From a virus (taxonomy: Duplodnaviria; Caudoviricetes): a DNA stretch of 25,452 nt. The stretch covers positions 1-25,452 of IMG/VR virus record IMGVR_UViG_3300042334_002614; one strand, 5' to 3'. This document shows, piece by piece, positions 1 to 9,200 of the stretch (position 1 is its first letter; every line of letters begins with the position of its first letter). The notes beneath the pieces are model-generated. The model did not search any database. It worked only from the letters and a program-made list of their open reading frames with translations, and was not told where the DNA came from. The position numbers and the translations under genes are program-made.

Positions 1-588
1 TTTTTTATACCCTTCTTTTTTCCAAACTTTTTTTGATGTGTTCGACATTTTTTTTCTATATTCAATATTACTACATCTTTTTTTTACAATTTCAGACATT
101 CTTGTTTTTGTCTCTGGCTTATTTTGTGCTATCTTTTGTGCTTCGCTATTAGTATTTTTCCATTCAAATGTATTTGTCACCTTCTTTCCTATACACTTAG
201 AGCAAATAGGTTTTAGAGAAAAGAACTTTCTGTTAATTGTTTTATCTAATCTTGATTTTGAATTTAATCCACAATTTTCACAATCAAAATTAACAAAAAT
301 TTTTGAATTTTTAAAAACTTCTTTTTTCCATTCACCTAATTTATCAAAATCTTTTATGTCAATAGTTTTATTTTCAACATTTATATCTAAATATTTTAAT
401 AGCTTATTTAATTTATCTGTTTTAACTATAATGTTATTCTTCAATAAATAATTTTCTAAAAAAGTGTATTTAATTTTAAATTTTAAAGAAAAAAATCTAA
501 TATCTTCTTTGTCTAGAAAAAATTTTTTTATATTATCACTCTTGACAATAATTTCCAACTCATCTCTTGTTATTTCATTTTTTTGCAT
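1..588 (-). CDS. Putative free-standing homing endonuclease, N-terminal 196 aa, truncated by window edge; lies downstream of the dnaE N-half
   Basis: Hand translation from ATG at 588 is open to position 1: MQKNEITRDELEIIVKSDN...FDCENCGLNSKSRLDK...KPICSKCIGKKVTNTFEWKNTNSEAQKIAQNKPETKTRMSEIVKK...YRKKMSNTSKKVWKKEGYKK. It has CxxC/CxxC Zn-finger pairs and basic helical KxRMS/RKKMS repeats typical of phage endonuclease DNA-binding regions. No catalytic domain is visible in the window. Not in the supplied ORF track. Confidence 0.7.
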   Translation of the reverse strand, partial: MQKNEITRDELEIIVKSDNIKKFFLDKEDIRFFSLKFKIKYTFLENYLLKNNIIVKTDKLNKLLKYLDINVENKTIDIKDFDKLGEWKKEVFKNSKIFVNFDCENCGLNSKSRLDKTINRKFFSLKPICSKCIGKKVTNTFEWKNTNSEAQKIAQNKPETKTRMSEIVKKRCSNIEYRKKMSNTSKKVWKKEGYKK

Positions 589-589
589 A

Positions 590-613
590 TGACTATTTTA
601 TTATAAATAGTCA
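590..613 (-). promoter_or_regulatory. Hairpin TGACTATTT-ATAATA-AAATAGTCA overlapping the CTATTTATA motif, 1 nt before the ATG at 588
   Basis: Perfect 9-bp inverted repeat (590-598 / 605-613). The motif occupies 602-610. Confidence 0.65.
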
Positions 614-625
614 CAAAAACATAAA

Positions 626-649
626 ACAAGACCTGGTAGAGGATGTGTT
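626..649 (+). repeat. Inverted degenerate copy of the dnaE extein/intein junction (partner at 921-944)
   Basis: + strand ACA AGA CCT GGT AGA GGA TGT GTT (TRPGRGCV) versus - strand 944-921 ACA GGT CCT GGG AGG GGG TGT TTT (TGPGRGCF): 18/24 identical. Confidence 0.7.
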
Positions 650-653
650 TAAT

Positions 654-2243
654 TTAAACTTCTGCTACATCATCTTCGTCTGTCAAATCTTTAGCTGCCA
701 CCCAACCTCTGTTTTTAGTTAGTATTTCATGATCTAGAGTACATGAAATTTTTTTACCATTATCAAACTCCAAGTCTATTATATCCTCTTCAATATCATA
801 TTCAAACTTATTAACTACATGTCTGTTATCTCCGAAAGCATCAATAACTTCATCTCCTTCTTTTATAGTCTCTATTGGAGCATACATACCATCTGACATT
901 TTAACTCTTGATCCAATTTGAAAACACCCCCTCCCAGGACCTGTAGCAATATCATTTTCCTTACAAAACTTAACTATTTCCCAATTAACCATAAAATAAT
1001 CAAGCATAGACTTATTATCAATAACTTCCAGTTCATACGTAAGTCTATCGTAATATTCTTTTTCTTTCTCTGGAGTTATTTCAACCAATCCAGTTTCTTT
1101 ATACTTATTTAACTTCTGTTTTAACTTAGCAAATGCAAGTCTTGTAATAATATCTTTTGTATCATCTGTTTTAAAATATTCTTCGACTTGAATACTTGGT
1201 TCATATCTAGGATATTTCTCTTTACCTAAATCAAACTCATAATTTAACTTTTCAGCAACTTTAAGAGTATTGTCTAAACACATATCCACAAATGACTCTG
1301 GGTAATTAAATCCAAATTGCTTATTGAATATATGGAAATCATCTACATTAGCATAGTAAAGATTTCTCGTATTGAGTTTAAATGAGTTTCCTAATTTTGA
1401 TTTTTGGTTAATTGCAATAAGAGTGTCTTGAAGCTCTGCGTCTTCCTTAAAAGCATAATGAACATCATTTGTAAGTATAGGCATAAGACTATACTTCTTT
1501 ATCATTTTTAATAACCAACTATTATAAATTTTTTGACCCTCATATTCGTTAAATTGTAATTCAGCTGCTAAATTATCTCCAAATTCTCTCATAAGACCTT
1601 TTAAATACTCTTCAGCATCACTTTCTTTACCCTCGAGAACTAATTTTGACATATGACTTACAGCGCAAGAAGTTGTCAAAAACAAGCCTTGCTTATTTTC
1701 AAATAACCATTCTGTTTTAATCCTACCTCTTTTATAAAAACCTTCATCATAAGAACGATAAGCCAATTTATTTATATTGACAAACCCTTCTTTATTCATA
1801 ACAAATATAGATTGATGAGAGTTTCCGCCTTCGTATTTTTTTTCTTCAAACTCACCTTGTCTATCATTCACATAAGCTTCCATACCCATAATAGATTTTA
1901 TACCACCAGCTTTACACTTCTTAAAAAGCTCGTAAGTACCTGAAAGCGTACCATGATCAGTAACAGCAATTGCAGGGTGATTATATTCTTTAGCCAACTT
2001 AACATAATTATCAATACTTCCACAACCATCTAATATCGAGTGAAACGTATGAAGATGTAGATGAACCATAGGTCTCTTTCTTCTGTCTTCTTCTTTTAAA
2101 GCATTACCTAATTCATACTTTCGTTCTTCGAAAGTATCCATAGCTTTGTGCAAATCACCTTTTGCAACCTCTGTTAAATCATCTTTATATATATGTTGCT
2201 TACTGCAATTACAATTTCTATTACTACAAGTTTGATTCATCAT
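654..2243 (-). CDS. dnaE: DNA polymerase III alpha subunit, N-terminal half (PHP domain and start of palm), fused to split-intein N-fragment
   Basis: PHP motifs HLHLHTFHSILDG, AIAVTDHG, GMEAY, GFYKRGRI, TNDVHY. Palm motifs RLTYELEVI, DYFMVNWEIV, GPGRG, followed by intein sequence and a stop. Confidence 0.93.
   Translation of the reverse strand: MMNQTCSNRNCNCSKQHIYKDDLTEVAKGDLHKAMDTFEERKYELGNALKEEDRRKRPMVHLHLHTFHSILDGCGSIDNYVKLAKEYNHPAIAVTDHGTLSGTYELFKKCKAGGIKSIMGMEAYVNDRQGEFEEKKYEGGNSHQSIFVMNKEGFVNINKLAYRSYDEGFYKRGRIKTEWLFENKQGLFLTTSCAVSHMSKLVLEGKESDAEEYLKGLMREFGDNLAAELQFNEYEGQKIYNSWLLKMIKKYSLMPILTNDVHYAFKEDAELQDTLIAINQKSKLGNSFKLNTRNLYYANVDDFHIFNKQFGFNYPESFVDMCLDNTLKVAEKLNYEFDLGKEKYPRYEPSIQVEEYFKTDDTKDIITRLAFAKLKQKLNKYKETGLVEITPEKEKEYYDRLTYELEVIDNKSMLDYFMVNWEIVKFCKENDIATGPGRGCFQIGSRVKMSDGMYAPIETIKEGDEVIDAFGDNRHVVNKFEYDIEEDIIDLEFDNGKKISCTLDHEILTKNRGWVAAKDLTDEDDVAEV
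657..926 (-). mobile_element. Split intein N-fragment (90 aa, residues 440-529) at the GPGRG|S site of DnaE
   Basis: Block A CFQIGSRVKMSDG...PIETIKEGDEV, block B ISCTLDHEILT, then GWVAAKDL and an acidic tail TDEDDVAEV followed by TAA. No C-terminal HN/HQ block. Confidence 0.88.
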
Positions 2244-2267
2244 TATAAGATATATTTATACTATATG

Positions 2268-2275
2268 CAAATATA
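2268..2275 (-). promoter_or_regulatory. Bacteroidota-type -7 promoter element (TAnnTTTG) upstream of dnaE
   Basis: Minus strand ttcgTATATTTGca, 24 nt before the ATG at 2243. No -33 TTTG found at canonical spacing. Confidence 0.5.
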
Positions 2276-2325
2276 CGAAATAAATTCAAAAATGTTTCAT
2301 TTTTTATTTAAACAAAAAAAAGTGA

Positions 2326-2571
2326 CTATTCGTAGTCACTTTCATAATCTTGTTTAGTTTTTAGTATTTTTCTAGATATATTAGGGATTAATTCTTTTTT
2401 CAAAAGAGCTAGTTTTTTTCTAGCTCTTTTTCCTTTGTATTTAACTTTTCTATTACCCAAGAAAGCGTTTATATCCTGTTCTATTTCTTCTATAATAGAT
2501 TTTAACTCAGCAAAATCTTTTTTGATTTTATAAGTATCGTTTATATTTAACCATCCTGGATATTTTTCCAT
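2326..2571 (-). CDS. Small basic protein resembling histone H1-like Hc1 family nucleoid proteins
   Basis: FAELKSIIEEIEQDINAF-LGNRKVKYKGKRARKKLALLKK resembles the Hc1 pattern (ELK-l-e-e-D-kF-kGNKaAg-RaRK-l-lkk). Recognised by eye only. Confidence 0.55.
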   Translation of the reverse strand: MEKYPGWLNINDTYKIKKDFAELKSIIEEIEQDINAFLGNRKVKYKGKRARKKLALLKKELIPNISRKILKTKQDYESDYE

Positions 2572-5500
2572 TACTCTTCTGTTTTACCTTCGGAAATATC
2601 TAAAGAATCTTCATTTAGTTCAATTTCTTCTATAAATTCCTCATTTATTACTTCAGTACTATCTACATCAAATCCAGAAACCTTTTTACCATTCATCATC
2701 TCTTCTAGGTTTTTAAACATACTATTAGTTCTATCTATCACCATCCCACTTCTTTCAAACAAAGTATTCTTAGCTTTACTTTCTTTGAATTTTTTTTCAT
2801 TCTCTTCTCTTTCTTCTTTTTTTGTATCATCCAAACTAGATTGGATATTTTCAATCATTTTTTCAATTTTGTAATTCAGCTTTTTATTCTTATGTAATAA
2901 TTTATTTTCATTCTCTTCTCTTTCTGCTAAAGTCGGAGCATCTGAAGTATCACCCAATAAATCCAGTAGCAAGTCATCAGTATTTCTGTCTGATTCAGCT
3001 AAAACTTTCTTAATAACTTTCAATCTAGTTTCCGCTAAAGGAGCCTCCTCTGCGCCTCCCATTTCTGGAGCACCACCTACTTCATCTGCGCCACCCATAT
3101 CTGGAGTGCCTCCACCAGCTTCCATTCCGCCCAATTGGCTACCAAGTTCCATATTACCTAAACCGCCTAATGCGCCACCGCCACCGCCACCGACGCTACT
3201 TTCCTCTCCAGAAGAAGATGCGCCTGCAGGTGATGCACCTGGAAGTTCATATCTATCATCAAGTTCTTTAAATAGACCAATTTTTTTGTAAGTTTCTACA
3301 GATGCATCAATTTCAGCAAATATTTTCTTCTCAACCTTTTTCTGTTTAAGTATAAGTTTAATTTCAGATTTAGAAAACCCAAGAATATTTTCCATCGCCC
3401 AAGTATAAGAAACTGCAGAGTTTGATTCAGATGAATACATCTCCTTAAAAACTTCCATCCTAGCCTTCATTGTTTCTAATTTCAACAATTCTTGCTGAGT
3501 AGATGGGTTTGTAAGCGTTAGAGTAAAATTATCAACTTCATCTTTAAGACCTGAAAAGAAAAGGTGAATATTTGCTATTCTCCTAAGTTCCATCAATATA
3601 ACTTCTTGAATCGAGTTGATTGTTCTGGCAAACCTTAAATCAGCTTGAGATAAAGTCGATCCACCAGGTAAGTTTTCAGCGTAATTCAAGTAAGCCTTAG
3701 GGACTTGCAAAGAAGCAAATAATTTATTTTGAAGGTATTCAATATCTTGGATGTCACCCATATTGGAAGCACCTGGAAGTGTATCAATCTTTGAAGATTT
3801 ATCTCCTCTTATAGGAATGAAGTAATCTTCCGTAATGTTCATTGGGTCATATTTCAAATTATACTGACCATTTCTAGAATCAACCACAGGTTGTTTTTTG
3901 ATTTGGTTTTGTATTTTCATCATATACCCTTGGACATCGTTATCGCCCAAATTACCAACTTCAATATAAAAAACTCTTCTTTCTGGAGCTCTAGTAATAC
4001 GATAAACAAGCATAGAATCTTCAGCAAGTTGTAATTGTTTCCAAAGTTTTCTAGCAGGATCTAAAATAGAACGACCGTAAGGTAGTTTTTTTGTATCTTC
4101 CAACATCCTAAAATGAGCAACTTGCCAATCTTCAAAATACATACCCATAGTTTCCCAGCGAAATCTTACACTCTCAGGGTTTCCATCATAAGCCTCTTCT
4201 CTGTGTATTTCTTCAACAGGCAGAGAGAGAAAGTTGTATATTCCTTCTGTTTTATCAATTTCTAAAAACACAAAATAATCTCCGTACTTAATTAAATCAC
4301 GAATCCAAAGCTTAAGATTGTAATCTACATTAATTCTGTTTCCAAATAAGTCTTTTAAAATATCTTTTACTCTAGAATTCTCTGAATATATGTCAAGTAT
4401 ATTACCTCTTTCATTTCGAGTAAGACAATTGTGAGAAATTACACCTGTGCCATTAGATGTTAATATTGCAAAATTGTGATATTTTCCGACATTAACCAAA
4501 TCATATGTCCTTCTTTTTCCAACAAACTCAACCGACTTTACTTTATGATTTATTGAGGATTTAAGTCCGCTAAAGTTTTTATATTCACTTCTTTGTATAA
4601 GTCCGTCAACTTTTTTATATCCAAGACCTAATATTTTACAAGCGTTGACTAAACTAATATCCCCACGTTCTTTTACAACAGATTTTATTGAGTCAAACAT
4701 TTTCTCTGTAGAGTTATATTTAGCAACAAAATCCGTCCATTTTCCATAACCATTTTTAATTAAGAATGTGTTAGTTTTTTTAGGATTCCAATTATTTTCT
4801 TTGCAAATAAGCGAAAAGCTATTTTCTAGAACTAATTTTCCAATATATTTCTCACAAGTTTTTTCAATATTATTTAGTGTTATATCTTGTATTTTGAAGT
4901 CAATATCTTCCCAGCGCTTAATATTTAAATTTTTATATGCTTGGGATTTATAAAGTATTCTTCTTGTAGTTCCGAGCAACTCACAAGCTTGTTCAATATT
5001 TTTAGTTTTTTTAAATGCGTCGATTAATTCTTCAGTTGAAAATTCTCTGATTTTATCTTGTAAAAATCTTCCGTTATTTTCTCCTTTTAATTTATAACCT
5101 TTACCAAACATTCCATTTTTTTCTCCCGCAAAACCAAATTTCTCTTTTAACTCTTTGGGGGTGAAATTAGAATATTTTTTCTTACTTCTTTCTGACATTT
5201 GAGATACTCTATTCTTTCTCCAATCTTCATTTGACCAATATGGGCCATTTATTGAATTTGTTTCAGAAAAAATTTTACGCATCTTTTGAGCATACTCATC
5301 ATTATTCTCCCATCGTTGAGAGTTTAATTTATGATGTAAGTCTTGATGTTCTTTCCAAGACATTACTTCTAAATTAGAAGGATCATTATTTAACTTCCTA
5401 ATATCTTTATGATGAACAACACCTTTTTCGTTTGGATATATTTCTCTCTTTACAACTCTGTGAGTATATTCCCAATTACCATTTTCAAGCAACATTTCAT

Positions 5501-6155
5501 AACCTTGAATTCTGTCTTTTTCGTCGGAAACTTTAGTATAAAAAGGTTCAATAGATACACCTTCTTTTAATTCACATGTTTTTACATATTCACTTACACC
5601 TTTTTTAAGCCAAAGATGCTCAGAAGTTGCCATTACAAATGAATCATCGTCGAATACGATTTTATAAACATCTTGTTCACCTTTAAAAGTTACTCGTTGG
5701 CAAAGCCCAGGTTCAAACTTTTTATCATCTGCATTATAAGAATATACATAAAAATTTTCCCTATTAGAGTTATATAACTCTTCAATAGTAATTTTTTCTC
5801 CATTTAGAAGAGGGATTATTGTATTTGCATCTAAACATTCATCACGTAGTATATTAAGCGCTGCTGCAATTTCAGGAGACATATCCATGGCTCTAAAATC
5901 TTGATATGCCGTTATTCTATCTGTATCAAAATATATTGACCTTGTATATAAATTATGTGATATCTTATTAACCTGCCAGTCAAGAAACTGCTGTTGCATT
6001 TCTTCAATCGGATTAGAGCCACCACCAACTAAATCTCCTTTATCGTTTGGAGCAAACTGAGCAGAAGCAGACATTGTTGGAGTCTTCTTTTTACCCCCAT
6101 TTATTGCATCTACAACCCCTTGAAATATACTTTGCGGTTTTTTATCTTCAGCCAT
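2571..6155 (-). CDS. Portal protein (T4 gp20-like) with one intein; about 724 aa after splicing
   Basis: gp20 motifs DFRAMDMSPEIAAALNILRDEC, YGDYF, PYGRSILDPAR, LAEDSMLVYRITRAPERRVFYIEVGNL, EDYFIP, IDTLPG, DIEYLQNKLFASLQVPK, DLRFARTI. Confidence 0.93.
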   Translation of the reverse strand: MAEDKKPQSIFQGVVDAINGGKKKTPTMSASAQFAPNDKGDLVGGGSNPIEEMQQQFLDWQVNKISHNLYTRSIYFDTDRITAYQDFRAMDMSPEIAAALNILRDECLDANTIIPLLNGEKITIEELYNSNRENFYVYSYNADDKKFEPGLCQRVTFKGEQDVYKIVFDDDSFVMATSEHLWLKKGVSEYVKTCELKEGVSIEPFYTKVSDEKDRIQGYEMLLENGNWEYTHRVVKREIYPNEKGVVHHKDIRKLNNDPSNLEVMSWKEHQDLHHKLNSQRWENNDEYAQKMRKIFSETNSINGPYWSNEDWRKNRVSQMSERSKKKYSNFTPKELKEKFGFAGEKNGMFGKGYKLKGENNGRFLQDKIREFSTEELIDAFKKTKNIEQACELLGTTRRILYKSQAYKNLNIKRWEDIDFKIQDITLNNIEKTCEKYIGKLVLENSFSLICKENNWNPKKTNTFLIKNGYGKWTDFVAKYNSTEKMFDSIKSVVKERGDISLVNACKILGLGYKKVDGLIQRSEYKNFSGLKSSINHKVKSVEFVGKRRTYDLVNVGKYHNFAILTSNGTGVISHNCLTRNERGNILDIYSENSRVKDILKDLFGNRINVDYNLKLWIRDLIKYGDYFVFLEIDKTEGIYNFLSLPVEEIHREEAYDGNPESVRFRWETMGMYFEDWQVAHFRMLEDTKKLPYGRSILDPARKLWKQLQLAEDSMLVYRITRAPERRVFYIEVGNLGDNDVQGYMMKIQNQIKKQPVVDSRNGQYNLKYDPMNITEDYFIPIRGDKSSKIDTLPGASNMGDIQDIEYLQNKLFASLQVPKAYLNYAENLPGGSTLSQADLRFARTINSIQEVILMELRRIANIHLFFSGLKDEVDNFTLTLTNPSTQQELLKLETMKARMEVFKEMYSSESNSAVSYTWAMENILGFSKSEIKLILKQKKVEKKIFAEIDASVETYKKIGLFKELDDRYELPGASPAGASSSGEESSVGGGGGGALGGLGNMELGSQLGGMEAGGGTPDMGGADEVGGAPEMGGAEEAPLAETRLKVIKKVLAESDRNTDDLLLDLLGDTSDAPTLAEREENENKLLHKNKKLNYKIEKMIENIQSSLDDTKKEEREENEKKFKESKAKNTLFERSGMVIDRTNSMFKNLEEMMNGKKVSGFDVDSTEVINEEFIEEIELNEDSLDISEGKTEE
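4428..5837 (-). mobile_element. Intein (470 aa) in portal with HNH endonuclease and NUMOD3-like motifs
   Basis: RDE|CLDANTIIPLLNG ... ATSEHLWL ... YTHRVV-VVHHKDIRKLNNDPSNLEVMSWKEHQDLH (HNH) ... GEKNGMFGK, GENNGRF ... TYDLVNVGKYHNF-VISHN|CLTR. Confidence 0.92.
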
Positions 6156-6205
6156 TTTATCTGTTTTTTTAAAATATAAGCAATTTTGTTTTAAAAATCA
6201 ATTTT

Positions 6206-9200
6206 TTAAGGCTTTAGAAGCCAATCCAAATCTTCATCATCTGATTCTGTAAAAGATGACCCTAAAAACAAACCACTACCACCTTCTGGTATTACAATAT
6301 CTTTACCACTAGACTTATTATAATCTACTTTACCAACCATATTATTTGAATTGAAAGATATGGCTCCTAACATTGATTTATACAGACCATCTGTAGCGAT
6401 AACATTATTATATTCATTATCCCTAACATATAGTGCTAAACCTAAAGCAAATATTAAATCATCATGAAACCCTGGTTCGTGCTGAGGCTTATTGTTAACC
6501 ATAACAAACGTTGAGAACTCAGCTGTAAGTCTTGGGGAGTGTAGAATCAGAGAGTTTTCTCTCATATGTTGTATAACAGATGCAACAATAAGAGGTCTTG
6601 TTTTCATTGTTGTTTGAAATCCTGGGATTTCAGTACCTTCATTTACCTTATAGTCATAAGGTCTAACGTGAATATCTTGAACATTTTTAGAGAAAAACAT
6701 TTTTTTGTATTGCAATTGATCTCTTAAAGTAAGCGCAACGTGTAAACCAAAAGAGTTGCACTCAACTACTAAATAAGCAGTATTGTAAATTCTTCCAACC
6801 CAATCAATTAAATATGGAAATAAATCTACACCAACTTTATCTCTATATTCAGCAACTTGTTCTAATGTTTCGGCATCCAAAACTTGGATTGTAGAGTAAT
6901 CTTTTCCATCCCCACGAGCGACGTCACACCCAATAATATACTGTCTACCTTCTTCAGGTCTTTTCCAGACTTGGAAAGCTGTTTCGTCTAATATGAAATT
7001 ACCCGCTTCAGGCGTACCTTTAAAAGTAAAATCATACTTAATATAAAAGTTAGGTTTTTGATTTCTAACCCTTTTTTCGTATTTATCAATAAGCTGTTGT
7101 TCAATTACAAGATATTTAGATCCTTCAAAAGATAAATCTAACTCTTGCGCAATCTTAACGCTATCATAACTCATTCTTCTGCACTGCTCTTCATACCAAG
7201 GACTCCAAGGAAATTCTTCTCCGTTGATATTTCTATTCATTTGTAAACCTACAGATGATTGAGGGTTTTGTGTCCAATGCACGGTCAAAGGAACAAAATC
7301 ATTCTTTTTATTAGTTGTGCCCACCCAAGTTTTATGATATAAATTCCCTGTTCCGTTTGGTGTTTGGTGTCCTAAAACACCATTGTATATAACTGAATGA
7401 CACCAAAAATCATCTTCTCTATGAGGTAAAGAGAAATCGTAAGTATCATTTTCTAAATACTCAATCTCTTTAATTTTATTCCACTTTAAATTTGGAGATA
7501 AAATTTTACTTATTTGCAATTTTAAATCATCTGAGAGGTTATCTTTACATAAATCATATAATCTTAAAAACAACTTTCTACTGATATGATTAGATTTATG
7601 TCGTGTTTTTGAATTTATGATTCCATTCACGTAAATTGATTTGTTTTTAAAAAAAGACGTATTAAAACCTGATTGTCTAATCATTTCCTTAACAATATCT
7701 AAAGAAAACGGAACAATATCATCAGGAATACTTCTATTTAAGTTATATTTTTCTAAAACTAAATTATTTTTTTGTTTTCTATCAAAACCAAAACCTATTT
7801 TATTATAAAACACTTTAGAAAACTCCGCATTGGCTGAAATTCTGTAATTTAAAGTTTTAACACTTACTTTTTTGGTTTCTTTTGTCCAAACCTCATAATA
7901 ATCTGTTAAAATACCAAAATTTAATAGCAACATTCTTATTTGGTTAATTAGCTTTTTAGAATTCATACCTATACCAACATAACCTTTATCTTTTCTTGAA
8001 TATCCATCTCCATCAAATATACCTCTTAGCATATATATGATATTTTCTCTTGACATTTCAAACAACCTACTTGGTATTTCCTTCTCTTTAGCTTTCTTAG
8101 ATAAATCAAAACCAATATATTCCAAAAATTCAATAAACGTTTTAGAGCCAATTGAATAATGTAAATTATCGTGTGATGAATACGTTAAGCCAACATCACT
8201 AATAGCTTTTGATATATCGTCTCCACACGTAATAGTAACACTTCCTCCTATAAACTCATTTTTTTTATTGTATTTTTTATAAACCGAACCTTCAGATATA
8301 TATAAACCTATCAAATAAGCAATTTCTTTTGTTATTATCTTAGCGTCTAATATATTGCTCTGTCTGTTGTGGATTATAGGAGTAAAATCTTTCACAGAAT
8401 CATTATTCCCCCACACCTCCATGCCGTATTGGATTGATATAAAGTCTTTTTCACTTAACTCCTCCGTTTTATACCAATCATAAATACCATCCTTACATGC
8501 CCATAATTTATGTGTTAAAGTCCCCTCTATTTCAGCATTTGTGCTTTTTAGTTTTTTTGTTTTATGAAATCCGTTATTAAAAAATAAACTACCATTTCTC
8601 AAACTATCTTTCCCTAAAACACTATACTCTTCTATTTCATACCCGCCTTCTTTTTCTTGATTAACAAAACTACCTATTTCTTTTATACCTTTATCTGTAA
8701 ACACCATAGTTCCTTTAGGGACACATGATATCATTATACATTTACCTTTTGTAGCGGAGAGCGCCATACCAGCTGCCATCCAAATCGCTTCAGCATCTTT
8801 AATAAAAGCAGTCTCATCAAGAACAAGCATTGTTAAAGATTCTCCACGACCTGCATTTGGACTACTCGCTTTTGCTTCAACCCAAGACTTGTTAGAAAAT
8901 TCTAATTTTGTTTGATTGTTTGTTACTACAGATTCAGGTTGGAGCCATGAAGGGGTATGTTCGACAAATTGCTTAACAGTAGCTAAAAACCTTTTAGCTC
9001 CTGCTCCATCATTGGCAATAATTAATATCTTTTCATCATACCTAAACATTAATTTCCAAGCGACATAACCTGCTGTAATTACAGATAAACCTGTATTGTG
9101 AGTAAGTAATCCATCTATAAAAAAGTTTTCATTTTTACTTACAGAAATGTCGTAACAATTTTTAATTACAGTTTTTTCAATCTTTTTAATAATCGGATTG

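Noticed and set aside
38-451. 137-aa + strand ORF rich in Phe/Leu/Ile
   Set aside because: Antisense shadow of the Lys-rich minus-strand ORF starting at 588; the hydrophobicity comes from T-rich complement codons.
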